Source of the DNA: Alphaproteobacteria bacterium
Lineage (GTDB): Bacteria; Pseudomonadota; Alphaproteobacteria; SP197
Assembly: GCA_965228895.1 (NCBI GenBank)
Contig: OZ245842.1
Span: 3,904,001-3,968,000, forward strand
DNA length: 64,000 bases
Direction of reading: 5' to 3'
In this document: positions 39,087-48,809 of the stretch, in pieces
How positions within the stretch are numbered: position 1 is the first letter of the stretch
Layout of the letters: every line of letters starts with the position of its first letter
Notes under the pieces: model-generated
The model's input: the letters and a program-made list of their open reading frames with translations, nothing else
The model's database searches: none
What the model was told of the DNA's origin: nothing
Translations under genes and position numbers: made by a program

Positions 39087-40706
39087 ATGGTTCGGTCCAA
39101 CGGACTGCTGAACACCCGTCATGCCTTTCCAGTTCTGATCGCTTCGATGGTTGCCGCGCCGCTGCTCGGCTGCGAGAGCGAACCCGCCGTCACAAACCAG
39201 GACGACAAGGTCGTCTATGAGGCCGAGGCGAGAATCGAAGGGCTCTTCGCACCGCCGGCACCGGTGATGACGCCACCGGGCGACGCCTATGAGGACATCG
39301 AACCGAACCCGGTCATCGCAGTGGTCGAGGAGCCGGTGTCGACCTTTTCCATCGATGTCGACACGGCCGCCTACGCCAACGTGCGCCGTTTCCTGAATGA
39401 AGGTTCTTTGCCGCCACGCGATGCCGTGCGCGTCGAAGAAATGATCAACTATTTCGACTACGCCTATGAACCGCCGCTTGACGCCACCGAGCCGTTCTCG
39501 GCAATGACCACCGTGGTCCCGACGCCGTGGAACGACGGCACACAACTCGTGCACATCGCGATCAAGGGCTACGACGTCGTCGACATCGAGGAACGACCGC
39601 GCGCTAACCTCGTCTTTCTGGTTGACGTCTCCGGCTCCATGCAAGGTCCCGACCGGCTGCCACTTCTGGTGCAAAGCCTGCGCCTCCTCGTCAACGCGCT
39701 AGACCCGGACGACAGCGTCGCCATCGTCACCTATGCCGGCAGTGTCGGCGTCGCGTTGGAGCCGACACCGGTTGCCGACAAGGCGAAGATCCTGGCTGCG
39801 CTGGACTCACTCGGCGCGGGCGGATCGACGGCCGGCGCCGCCGGTATCAACCTTGCCTATGACACCGCAAGGTCAAGCTTTGTCGAAGATGGTTTGAACC
39901 GAGTCATCCTGGCCACCGACGGCGATTTCAATGTCGGCGTCAGCGACACCGACACATTGCAGGAGATGATCGAGCGCGAACGCAAGAGCGGCGTTTACCT
40001 CTCGGTACTCGGGTTTGGCCGCGGCAACCTGAACGACCAGATGATGCAACGCATCGCGCAGCACGGAAACGGCAACGCCGCCTATATCGACTCGTTGATG
40101 GAAGCCAAGAAAGCGCTGGTCGACGAACTCGACGGCACGCTCTTTCCGATCGCCAACGACGTCAAGATCCAGGTCGAGTTCAATCCCGCCCAGGTGGCCG
40201 AGTACCGGCTGCTGGGTTATGAAACCCGCCTGCTCGATCGCGAAGACTTCAACAATGACAAGGTCGACGCGGGCGAAATCGGCAACGGCCACGCCGTGAC
40301 CGCGATCTACGAAATCGTCCCGACGGCTTCACCGTTCCGCTGGGTCGATCCCTTGCGCTACAGCACCGACACAGAGTCTGTGGACGATGAAACGCACGGC
40401 AACGAACTCGCCTACCTGAAGATCCGCTACAAGCTGCCCGGCGAAACCACCAGTGTGCTCATGCAACAGCCCATCCTGGCGCCGGCCGACGACACCGGTC
40501 TGGCCGAGGCCAGCGAGGACGTGCGTTTCGCCGTCGCCGTTGCCGCCTATGGCGAGCTGCTGCGCGACGACGTTCACCTGGGAACGTGGCAGATGGGCGA
40601 CGTCATCGATCTGGCCAGCAGTGCCTTGGGCGACGACCCCTATGGCTATCGCCGCGAGTTCGTCCGTCTCGCCGACCTCGCCGGCAGTCTGCGCACGACC
40701 CATTGA
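39087..40706 (+). CDS. YfbK-like vWA-domain lipoprotein
   Basis: Lipobox LLGC; STFSIDVDTAAY, DVSGSM MIDAS, TDGDFNVG, DUF3520-like DFNNDKVDAGEIG. Confidence 0.88.
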   Translation: MVRSNGLLNTRHAFPVLIASMVAAPLLGCESEPAVTNQDDKVVYEAEARIEGLFAPPAPVMTPPGDAYEDIEPNPVIAVVEEPVSTFSIDVDTAAYANVRRFLNEGSLPPRDAVRVEEMINYFDYAYEPPLDATEPFSAMTTVVPTPWNDGTQLVHIAIKGYDVVDIEERPRANLVFLVDVSGSMQGPDRLPLLVQSLRLLVNALDPDDSVAIVTYAGSVGVALEPTPVADKAKILAALDSLGAGGSTAGAAGINLAYDTARSSFVEDGLNRVILATDGDFNVGVSDTDTLQEMIERERKSGVYLSVLGFGRGNLNDQMMQRIAQHGNGNAAYIDSLMEAKKALVDELDGTLFPIANDVKIQVEFNPAQVAEYRLLGYETRLLDREDFNNDKVDAGEIGNGHAVTAIYEIVPTASPFRWVDPLRYSTDTESVDDETHGNELAYLKIRYKLPGETTSVLMQQPILAPADDTGLAEASEDVRFAVAVAAYGELLRDDVHLGTWQMGDVIDLASSALGDDPYGYRREFVRLADLAGSLRTTH

Positions 40707-41612
40707 TCACGCATCGCGCGCCGGCCCCTTGTGACTCAGAAACCAGTCGCGCATGCGCGTCACGAGCTCGGGGTCGCGCGGCACGCGCGGCGCAATGAGA
40801 TAGAAACCGGTCTCGTCGCCGACCGTCAGGTCGAACAGGCGGCACAGACGTCCGGCCTCGATGTCAGCCTGGACAAGAGGTTCGCTTGCCAGAGCGATGC
40901 CCTGACCGGCGATGGCCGCATCGATCGCCAGCGACTCCTGTGAGAACCGCAACGACCGCGCGGGTTCGAGAGGTTCGCCCCTGCCTGCCTGCTCCAGGTA
41001 CTTGGGCCACCAGCCATGGGTATCGTGAAGGAGAACGTGGTGGGCAAGATCAGCCGGTTCCTCCAGCGGATGATCACCATCGAGCAGCGCCGGGCTGCAC
41101 ACCGCGAACATGTCGAGACCGTAGAGCAAGTCGGCTGACAGACCAGGGCCAAAAGGCGGTTTACCTTGGCGCACGGCAATGTCCACGCCGTCGCTTTGAA
41201 AGTTCGCCATCGCGACCGTGGCGACCACCTGGACATCAAGGTCGGGATTGGCTTGCGTGAACGCACCCAACCGCGGCACCAGCCAGCGCGCCGCGAACGA
41301 CGGCGTTGCGGAGACCGTCACCGTCTGTTGCTGGGGGCGCAGTTCTTCCGTCGCCTCGGCGATGATCCGCAGCGCGCGCGCAATCGGTGTGCGATAGCGC
41401 CTGCCGGCCTCGGTCAGGGCGAGCCCGCGGGGCAGACGATCGAACAGCTTGACGCCAAGTTCGGCCTCCAGACCGCGTATCTGTTGCGCCACCGCACCCT
41501 GGGTGACGCCCAGTTCCTCGGCCGCCAGACGGAAGTTGAGCTGGCGCGCGACGGCCTCGAACACTCTGAGGGCGTTCAATCGTGGATAGCGGGAGGGCCG
41601 TTGCTCACTCAT
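40707..41612 (-). CDS. LysR-family regulator (GcvA-like)
   Basis: LNALRVFEAVARQLNF..AAEEL.VTQGAV HTH; PSFAARWLVPRL. Confidence 0.92.
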   Translation of the reverse strand: MSEQRPSRYPRLNALRVFEAVARQLNFRLAAEELGVTQGAVAQQIRGLEAELGVKLFDRLPRGLALTEAGRRYRTPIARALRIIAEATEELRPQQQTVTVSATPSFAARWLVPRLGAFTQANPDLDVQVVATVAMANFQSDGVDIAVRQGKPPFGPGLSADLLYGLDMFAVCSPALLDGDHPLEEPADLAHHVLLHDTHGWWPKYLEQAGRGEPLEPARSLRFSQESLAIDAAIAGQGIALASEPLVQADIEAGRLCRLFDLTVGDETGFYLIAPRVPRDPELVTRMRDWFLSHKGPARDA

Positions 41613-41617
41613 TATCC

Positions 41618-41632
41618 TGTAGATTTTCTACA
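41618..41632. promoter_or_regulatory. LysR recognition site in the divergent lysR/SDR promoter
   Basis: Perfect inverted repeat TGTAGA-TTT-TCTACA, 5 nt upstream of the lysR ATG; contains T-N11-A. Confidence 0.7.
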
Positions 41633-41715
41633 TGCATGAAAGCGGGCTTCTGCTTAGACGTCCCTGCTGGACTGTGTCAAACACCCCATCAGACCGACAG
41701 ACCAGGGAGAGAGCC

Positions 41716-42420
41716 ATGTCTTCAGAAAGAGTTGCCGTCATCACGGCAGGCGGCAGCGGCATGGGCGCCGGTGCGGCCCGCAAGCTGGCCGCAGACGGTT
41801 TCCGCGTCGCTATTCTTTCTTCATCCGGCAAGGGCGAGGCGCTGGCCAAGGAGCTCGGCGGCCTTGGCGTCACCGGATCCAACCAGTCGAACGACGACGT
41901 GAAGCGCCTGGTTGACGGGGCCATGGACACATGGGGTCGCATCGACGTGCTGGTCAACAGCGCCGGCCACGGACCGCGCGGTCCCGTCCTCGACCTCAGT
42001 GACGAGGACTGGCACCAGGGCATGGAGGTCTATTTCCTCAGCGCCGTCAGACCGACGCGCCTGGTGACGCCGGTCATGCAGCAGCAGAACGGCGGCGTCA
42101 TCATCAACATTTCGACCTTCGCGGCGTTCGAGCCGGACCCGGTGTTTCCGACCTCCGGCGTTTTCCGCGCCGGCCTTGCCGCCTATACCAAGCTCTACTC
42201 GGACAAATACGCCGCCGACAACATCCGCATGAACAACGTGCTGCCCGGCTTCATCGACAGCCTGCCGGAAAAAGAGGAGTTCCGCGCCCGCATTCCGATG
42301 GAGCGCTACGGCAAGACAGAGGAGATCGCCGACGTCGTCGGTTTCCTGGCGTCAGACGGCGCGGGCTACATCACCGGCCAGAACATCCGCGTCGACGGCG
42401 GTATTACGCGATCGGTGTAA
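41716..42420 (+). CDS. SDR oxidoreductase (atypical, SxxxR in place of YxxxK)
   Basis: TAGGSGMG, NSAG, PTSGVFRAGL, NNVLPG, DGG; GGAG SD. Confidence 0.88.
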   Translation: MSSERVAVITAGGSGMGAGAARKLAADGFRVAILSSSGKGEALAKELGGLGVTGSNQSNDDVKRLVDGAMDTWGRIDVLVNSAGHGPRGPVLDLSDEDWHQGMEVYFLSAVRPTRLVTPVMQQQNGGVIINISTFAAFEPDPVFPTSGVFRAGLAAYTKLYSDKYAADNIRMNNVLPGFIDSLPEKEEFRARIPMERYGKTEEIADVVGFLASDGAGYITGQNIRVDGGITRSV

Positions 42421-42430
42421 CGGGACGGCC

Positions 42431-43447
42431 TTACTTCGCCGCGGCCCAGACCGCATCCAGGAAAGACTGGGTCGCGATGGTGGCGGCCGCGTAGGCGGTC
42501 CACGTTTCGGTGGTCTCACTGCGTGCGAGATCGGCGAAGTCCTCGATCATGAGAACCTGTTGCGGCGTCTTCGACGGCGTCTCGACAAAGATGAAGTCTT
42601 GCGGCGTCATCGACCGTGTGCGCACGGTATAGCCCGTCGGCACATCGGCGGCCTGGCTGCCGATGCTGTTGGTCCAGTTCATGACGAAGTCGTCCATGGC
42701 CAAGACGCCCTTCTCGCCAAGCAGGCGGAAGTCCTCCAGCCTGGTGCCGCACTGGAAACCCGAACCGAAGGTCATGGTCTCGCCACTCTCGAAGCCGAGC
42801 GCGCCGATAGCCTCGGTCACGGCACCCGTATCGCTGTCGCGCCGCAGCACCACCTCGACCTCCGAAACAGCCCCTTGAGGCCGCAGGTATTCGACGATGG
42901 CGCGCATGCAGTACCAGCCGAGATCGCCCAACGCTCCCGTCGGTTCCAAAGCCGGGTCAAAGCGGATGTCCGACCGGTCGTCCAGGGGGCTGTAAAAGAC
43001 GCAGTGGAGGCCAAAGCGCTTGCCGATTCGTCTCTCAGCCACCGACCGGACGGCATCGCGGCGCGGATGGTGCACGAAGTGCGTGGCGTCCATGAACAGA
43101 AGGCCTGCCGAGGCAGCGGCATCGGCTATGCGCGCGACGGACCGGCCGTCCATAAACGGTTTATCGACGAGCACGTGCTTACCCGCCGCGATCGCCGCCA
43201 GCGCGACCGCTTCCTTCTTGGCCGTCGGGATCGCCACATAGACAGCGTTCACATCGTCGCGCGCCAGCAACGGCTCCAGACCTTCGACCGCCTGGGCATC
43301 CGCGCGTCCCGTGACAAAAGTCTCGGCTCGGCTCAACGTCCGGCTCGATACCGCCGCCAATCTTGCGTTGCCGGCCTGCTGGATCGCATTCGCGACCTCG
43401 TTGGCGATCATGCCGGTGCCGACAATACCGAAACCGAACGACGTCAT
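42431..43447 (-). CDS. Gfo/Idh/MocA-family oxidoreductase
   Basis: GIVGTGMIA, AVYVAIP, GKHVLVDKP, GALGDLGWY. Confidence 0.88.
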   Translation of the reverse strand: MTSFGFGIVGTGMIANEVANAIQQAGNARLAAVSSRTLSRAETFVTGRADAQAVEGLEPLLARDDVNAVYVAIPTAKKEAVALAAIAAGKHVLVDKPFMDGRSVARIADAAASAGLLFMDATHFVHHPRRDAVRSVAERRIGKRFGLHCVFYSPLDDRSDIRFDPALEPTGALGDLGWYCMRAIVEYLRPQGAVSEVEVVLRRDSDTGAVTEAIGALGFESGETMTFGSGFQCGTRLEDFRLLGEKGVLAMDDFVMNWTNSIGSQAADVPTGYTVRTRSMTPQDFIFVETPSKTPQQVLMIEDFADLARSETTETWTAYAAATIATQSFLDAVWAAAK

Positions 43448-43483
43448 GGCGCTGCCAGCAAACTCTCGTTTGCGCTGCGCAAC

Positions 43484-44620
43484 CTACGCCCCGTCGAGCG
43501 CCTGCTTCACCATGTGGTGGAAAAGGTGAACGACATGCTCTTCCTGGCCATCGACTTCGGGGCCGACGATGAAGCGGCCCTGGTCATAGGCGTGGGACAT
43601 GAGACCGCGCTGGACAGATTCACACAACGACTGGTCTTCCCGGCCCAGCAGGTCGAACAGATAGGTGTCGCGGTCTTTGTCCTCGGGATCACCCGGTGCG
43701 GATAGGCGTTCGTTGACAAACGACGTCGTGGTCGGACTGCGCGGCACAATGTGCGTGATGTTCACGTTCACCGAGCCCGGCACGACGTTGATCGTCGTCG
43801 TCGGCCACAGATACCAGAACGCCGCGCGCTGGATCGGGTCGTCTTCGCTAAACGTATAGGCGCTGTTCTCCGGCTTCGTCTCCGGCCCCAACTGGAACGC
43901 CGAGATGCCGTCGATCGTGTGTTCGTAGCACGCCATGTCGATCATGTCGGCGAACGCCGGATGGGCGGGGCCGCAGTGGTAGCACTCGACATAATTGTCG
44001 ACGACCACCTTCCAGCCTGCCTGCATCACGCTGTCGCCAAACGTGCTTGTGCCGGTGAACGCGAGATCGTCGTAGTTCGGCACGAACCCGCGGATCGACG
44101 CCTCCAGGTTCGGCGCCTGCTGGGCCAACGGGACGGCGTCGTCATCCAGGTTGACGAAGATGAGGTTGCAGAACTCTTCGACGCGCACGGGTTTGAGGCC
44201 AAAGTCACTCTTGTCGAAACCCTTCACCGACTCGCAATTGCGCGCGGCCCTCAGGCTGCCGTCCGGCGCATAGGCCCAGGCGTGATAAGGGCAGGTGATC
44301 ACCGCCTTGACGTTGCCGGTGCCCTCAAGCAGTTCGTGGGCGCGATGCTGGCAGACGTTGTAGAACGCGCGCAGTTCGCCGTCGCGGCCGCGGATGACAA
44401 AGACGCCCTGGTCGACAATGGTCGTGGTCATGTAGTCGCCGGGTTTGGCGACCTGGCTCTTGTGGCCGACATACTGCCAGGTGCGGAAAAAGATGCGCTC
44501 CTTTTCCAACTCGAAGATCTCGGGGTCGGTGTAATAGCTGGCCGGCAGGGTATAGGAGTGTGCAGCGTCTTCCGTCAGGGGTTTGGGAAACGCTGCATGA
44601 ACGACATTCGACGTTGCCAT
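43484..44620 (-). CDS. Rieske oxygenase alpha subunit, CntA/YeaW-like
   Basis: CQHRAH...CPYHAW; WKVVVDNYVECYHCGPAHP; ED..LCESVQRGL; GGAGGA SD before ATG 44620. Confidence 0.88.
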   Translation of the reverse strand: MATSNVVHAAFPKPLTEDAAHSYTLPASYYTDPEIFELEKERIFFRTWQYVGHKSQVAKPGDYMTTTIVDQGVFVIRGRDGELRAFYNVCQHRAHELLEGTGNVKAVITCPYHAWAYAPDGSLRAARNCESVKGFDKSDFGLKPVRVEEFCNLIFVNLDDDAVPLAQQAPNLEASIRGFVPNYDDLAFTGTSTFGDSVMQAGWKVVVDNYVECYHCGPAHPAFADMIDMACYEHTIDGISAFQLGPETKPENSAYTFSEDDPIQRAAFWYLWPTTTINVVPGSVNVNITHIVPRSPTTTSFVNERLSAPGDPEDKDRDTYLFDLLGREDQSLCESVQRGLMSHAYDQGRFIVGPEVDGQEEHVVHLFHHMVKQALDGA

Positions 44621-44640
44621 CGTCACATCCTCCGGCAGTT

Positions 44641-44662
44641 TTATTGAATATGTATTCAATAA
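44641..44662. promoter_or_regulatory. Perfect 10-2-10 palindrome, BetI/TetR-like operator
   Basis: TTATTGAATA-TG-TATTCAATAA, 20 nt upstream of the Rieske ATG in a divergent gap. Confidence 0.7.
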
Positions 44663-44723
44663 TAATCTGGCCGTCTCGGCCTTGTCAATCCGCGGTGGCA
44701 TCACAGCATAGAGGGAGATCACC

Positions 44724-45263
44724 ATGGCGGCTATTCGCGGCTATATCGGCTGCAGTCTCGACGGCTACATCGCCTCATCCGACGGTTCGCTTGACTGGCT
44801 GACCAAGTATGACGGCATCGATGCGGGCGCACTGGATTACGAGCGGTTCATCGCCGGCATCAAGACCGTGGTCATGGGTCGCGCCACCTATGACGCCATC
44901 GTGGGCTTTGACGTCGGTTGGCCTTACACCGACCAGGAAACGATGGTCGTGACGTCGCGCGCGATCCCCGATGCCGTCGGGTCGCCGGCTGTCTGGTCCG
45001 ACGACATCGACGATCTGGTCGCCGACCTGCGCAGCAAGGATAACGGGGATGTTTGGGTGGTCGGCGGCGGCCGGCTCCAGCAAGCGTTCATCGATCGCGG
45101 CGCCCTCGACAGCCTGATGCTGTTCGTCGTGCCCGAGATCATTGGCGGCGGTGTTCCACTGTTTCCGGCCAGCGGGTTCGCCAGGACCGTGCGTCTGGAT
45201 GCCGCGCACGTGTTGGATCGCGGCTGTCTGGGCCTCATTTACGACTTCGCAGGTGCTTCCTAA
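44724..45263 (+). CDS. Dihydrofolate reductase-like (RibD C-terminal) protein
   Basis: SLDGYIA..DGSLDWL, MGRATY, WVVGGG, PEIIGGGVPLF. Confidence 0.88.
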   Translation: MAAIRGYIGCSLDGYIASSDGSLDWLTKYDGIDAGALDYERFIAGIKTVVMGRATYDAIVGFDVGWPYTDQETMVVTSRAIPDAVGSPAVWSDDIDDLVADLRSKDNGDVWVVGGGRLQQAFIDRGALDSLMLFVVPEIIGGGVPLFPASGFARTVRLDAAHVLDRGCLGLIYDFAGAS

Positions 45264-45313
45264 CCGAACGTCATGACTTATCATGGTCGCCGCCACACCG
45301 GAGTACCTCGTCC

Positions 45314-46921
45314 ATGTCTCAATCCATGATCGTCGCGCCGCAGCCCGATGCCGTCGAAGCCAGCGCGCGCGCCTTACGAGACGGCGGCAACGCGCTTGAT
45401 GCCGCCCTTGCCTGCGCCTTCGCGCAGACCGTGGTCGATCCCTTGATGTGCGGCATCGCCGGGTTTGGCAGCCTGCAGGTGCTGATGCCGGGGTCGGGCG
45501 CCCATGAGATTATCGATTTTCACGGGCGTGTCCCCACCGCCGCGACGCCCGAGATGTGGCAGGACCTGATCCGGGGCGAGACCGAGGACGGCTTTGGCTT
45601 CGTTCTGAAGGATGCGGTCAACGACTTGGGCTATCAGTCGATCACCACGCCCGGTACCTTGAAGGCCTTCGAGGAAGCGCACCGGCGTCACGGTAACCTG
45701 CCATGGTCGCGCATCCTGGAACCGGCGATCGCGCTGGCGGCGGACGGCTACGTCCTGGCGCCGGAGGTCTATTACTACTGGGTCTCCCGCGACGCGCCCG
45801 GCCGCATTGCGGTGCGCGATCGTCTCGCCTATTCGCCCGCCGGCCGTGCGATCTATTGCGAAGACGACGGCACGCCAAGAGACATCGGCAGTGTCATCCG
45901 CAATTCCGATATGGCCGCGACCCTCTCGCGCATCGCCGATGGTGGCGCCGATGTTTTCTATCATGGCGACATTGCCCAGACGATCGATGCCGACATGAAG
46001 GCCCATGGCGGCCTGCTGTCGGCCGTCGACCTGGCGGATTACGAGACGGTCACGGGCGAACCGCTCTGGGGCAGCTACCGTGGACTCAGCTTTTCCACCA
46101 ACCGGCCGCCAGGCGGTGGCATCATGTTGATCGAGATGCTGAACATTCTGGAAAACTTCGACCTCGCCGCCATGGGCCATAACAGCCCGGACTATATGCG
46201 CGTGGTTGCCGAAGCGATGAAGATCGCGACATCCGACAAGGACAACTTTGTCGGCGATCCCCGTTTCGTCGATGTGCCGGTCGACCGGTTGACGGACAAG
46301 GCCTATGCCGCCGGCCACGCTGAGGCGATCGAGCGCGGCGAGATCGCCCAGGTCGAGCGGCTCGGGCTGGCCGAATCGGCGGGCACAACCCATATCAGCG
46401 TCGCCGACGCCCATGGCAACGCGGTCTCGGTGACCCATTCGCTGGGCATGATGTCCGGGGTCGTCACCGACGGTTTGGGTTTCATGTACAATGGCTGCAT
46501 GGCCGTCTTCGACCCTCGGCCCGGGCGCGCCGGCTCGATCGCACCAGGCAAGGCGCGGTTCAGTTCGGTCTGCCCGACCATCGTCTTCCAGAACGGTGAG
46601 CCCTGGCTGATCCTGGGCGCGCCTGGCGGCACCCAGATCGCCATGGGTGTGCTGCAGGTCATGTTGAACGTCATCGATTTCGGCATGTCCGTGCAGGAGG
46701 CCGTCCTGGCGCCGCGCTTCTCGGCGACCAGCGACGCGATCACCGTGACCGCGCGCATTCCGCGCTATGCCTATGCATCGCTTGAGGAACGCGGTTATCC
46801 AATCGCCAGAAGCCCCTATAGTTACGAAATCGCCTCGGTCCACGCGCTCAAAAAGGTCGATGGCAAATGGACAGGTGCCGCCGATATTCCTTATGGCGGT
46901 GGCATGGCGTTGGGAGTCTAG
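45314..46921 (+). CDS. ggt: Gamma-glutamyltransferase family protein
   Basis: GGNALDAA, CGIAGFG, TPGTL, nucleophile-bearing TTHIS, GAPGG; start at ATG 45314. Confidence 0.88.
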   Translation: MSQSMIVAPQPDAVEASARALRDGGNALDAALACAFAQTVVDPLMCGIAGFGSLQVLMPGSGAHEIIDFHGRVPTAATPEMWQDLIRGETEDGFGFVLKDAVNDLGYQSITTPGTLKAFEEAHRRHGNLPWSRILEPAIALAADGYVLAPEVYYYWVSRDAPGRIAVRDRLAYSPAGRAIYCEDDGTPRDIGSVIRNSDMAATLSRIADGGADVFYHGDIAQTIDADMKAHGGLLSAVDLADYETVTGEPLWGSYRGLSFSTNRPPGGGIMLIEMLNILENFDLAAMGHNSPDYMRVVAEAMKIATSDKDNFVGDPRFVDVPVDRLTDKAYAAGHAEAIERGEIAQVERLGLAESAGTTHISVADAHGNAVSVTHSLGMMSGVVTDGLGFMYNGCMAVFDPRPGRAGSIAPGKARFSSVCPTIVFQNGEPWLILGAPGGTQIAMGVLQVMLNVIDFGMSVQEAVLAPRFSATSDAITVTARIPRYAYASLEERGYPIARSPYSYEIASVHALKKVDGKWTGAADIPYGGGMALGV

Positions 46922-46924
46922 GTC

Positions 46925-47728
46925 ATGGATGCGAAGACAGCGGTCAGAAAGTCCTTCGAGGAAGGCGACTACCCCTATCCCGAGCCCTTTGGGCGCAAGA
47001 AATACGAGAAGAAGAAGGAACCCCTGCAGATCGAGCTGGTCCGCATGCTGCGCTGGTTGCACGAGACCGACCAACGCCTGGTCCTCGTTTTCGAGGGACG
47101 CGATGCGGCCGGCAAAGGCGGCATGATCAAGGCGCTGACGGAACACCTGAACCCCCGCGTCGCCCGCGTCGTTGCCCTGCCTAAACCCAACGAGACCGAA
47201 CGCGGTCAATGGTACTTCCAGCGCTACGTCGCCCACCTGCCGACCAAGGGCGAAATGGCTCTGTTTGACCGCTCCTGGTACAACCGCGCCGGCGTCGAGC
47301 GCGTCATGGGTTTCTGCGACGAGCCGCAGTACCGCCTGTTCATGAACCAGGCGCCGGCCTTCGAACGCATGCTGCTGGATGACGGCGTCCTGCTCTTCAA
47401 ATATTGGCTCACCATCAGCCAGCACGAACAGAAGCGCCGTTTCGAACGCCGCTGCAAGGATCCTCTGAAGCAGTGGAAAATGAGTCCGATCGACATGGCC
47501 GCTGTCGACAAATGGGATGACTATACGAAGGCGCGCGAAGAGATGTTTGCGGCGACTGACACCCCGTTCGCACCGTGGACCGTCGTCAACGCCGAAGATA
47601 AACACCGCGCCCGGCTGGCAACCATGCGCCACCTGTTGTCGGCACTTGACTACGACGGCAAGAATTCCGACGTCATCGGCACGCCGGACTCCAAGATCAT
47701 CGATCACCCGGATGGCGTCACCTACTGA
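46925..47728 (+). CDS. ppk2: Polyphosphate kinase 2
   Basis: FEGRDAAGKGG, WYFQRY, DRSWYNRAGVERVMGF, WKMSP.D. Confidence 0.95.
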   Translation: MDAKTAVRKSFEEGDYPYPEPFGRKKYEKKKEPLQIELVRMLRWLHETDQRLVLVFEGRDAAGKGGMIKALTEHLNPRVARVVALPKPNETERGQWYFQRYVAHLPTKGEMALFDRSWYNRAGVERVMGFCDEPQYRLFMNQAPAFERMLLDDGVLLFKYWLTISQHEQKRRFERRCKDPLKQWKMSPIDMAAVDKWDDYTKAREEMFAATDTPFAPWTVVNAEDKHRARLATMRHLLSALDYDGKNSDVIGTPDSKIIDHPDGVTY

Positions 47729-47915
47729 CGCCTTCGTGCGCCAGCAAATGTGGCGCTAACCCGGCGACAAACCGGCAATGGTCTGACATCGCTCTGTTTT
47801 TCGCCGGCTTCACGGCAGAAAGATCACAGCGGGAAACTTTTTTGCGAAGGGTTTTCCGTGGCCGTGCGTATGAGAAACACGACCAGGACAAACCCTAACA
47901 AGAGAGAAGAAACTC

Positions 47916-48695
47916 ATGGATCGCGTTGTTACCCCTACTCTGGCCGCCACGGCCTTGCTGCTGCTGCTCGCCGGTGTTTCCGCGACGGCCCACTCGGCCG
48001 GCGACCGCGCCGAAGCGATGTTCGATCGCGCCGACACCAATGCCGACGGTTCGATCACTGTCGAGGAATGGCAGGCCATGCGTGACACCATGTTCACGAC
48101 CATGGACGCCAACGCCGATGGTTACGTCACGATTGAGGAGGCCCAGTTGATGCGCGCCGAACGTCACGGCGACAAGATGATCGAAAAACACGATGCCGAC
48201 GGCGACGGGCTGGTCTCGACCGACGAGTTCATGAACGGCGAGTTCAAGGGCCTGAAGAAGTTCGAGCGGCTCGATGCCGACAGTGACGGTGTCGTCACCC
48301 AGGCTGAAGCCGACGAAAGCCGTCATGGCAAGAAACTCATGGAAAAGGCCGACCTGAATGGCGACGGTCAGGTGACGATGGACGAAATCATGTCGCTCCG
48401 CGCCGAGAAGTTCGCCACCATGGATACGGACGGCGACGGTTTTGTTTCGGCCAGCGATGTCTCCGAAGCCTATGCCGCGCGCAAGGCCGAGTCGGACCAC
48501 CAGGGTCACGGCAAACACCATCGCATGTTCGAACGTGCGGATGCCGATGGTGACGGCCAGATTTCGGCCGACGAGTTCGCCAACACCAAACCGAACATGT
48601 TCGAGTGTCTGGATGCCGACGGTGACGGCGCCATCACGCTCGACGAAGCGTCGGATCGCGATCGTCACCGCGATTGCCGCAAAGACGCGGGCTGA
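47916..48695 (+). CDS. Secreted EF-hand calcium-binding protein (8 loops)
   Basis: Signal peptide, then eight DxDxDG-type loops (e.g. DTNADGSITVEE, DADGDGLVSTDE, DLNGDGQVTMDE). Confidence 0.88.
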   Translation: MDRVVTPTLAATALLLLLAGVSATAHSAGDRAEAMFDRADTNADGSITVEEWQAMRDTMFTTMDANADGYVTIEEAQLMRAERHGDKMIEKHDADGDGLVSTDEFMNGEFKGLKKFERLDADSDGVVTQAEADESRHGKKLMEKADLNGDGQVTMDEIMSLRAEKFATMDTDGDGFVSASDVSEAYAARKAESDHQGHGKHHRMFERADADGDGQISADEFANTKPNMFECLDADGDGAITLDEASDRDRHRDCRKDAG

Positions 48696-48809
48696 CCCTC
48701 CCCCGTCTCCTCGCGGCGGGCGGCGCGCTCGACTTCGGTCGTCGCGCCGTTCGTTTTCTTACCCTATGCTCATCTGCTCACGATCATCTCTTGGGCACCG
48801 AGCTGACGC

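Noticed and set aside
45374-47707. 777-aa minus-strand ORF, and similar long ORFs at 59641-61443, 61546-63300, 33084-34559, 52754-54064 and 5580-6647
   Set aside because: Antisense shadows of well-supported genes (ggt/ppk2, SBP/hydrolase, ALDH, pbpC, OCD, clpB). High GC3 suppresses stops on the opposite strand, and they carry no family motifs.
47916-48695. Periodic GATGCCGACGGCGACGG-like repeats
   Set aside because: They encode EF-hand loops in frame; not a CRISPR array or a non-coding repeat.
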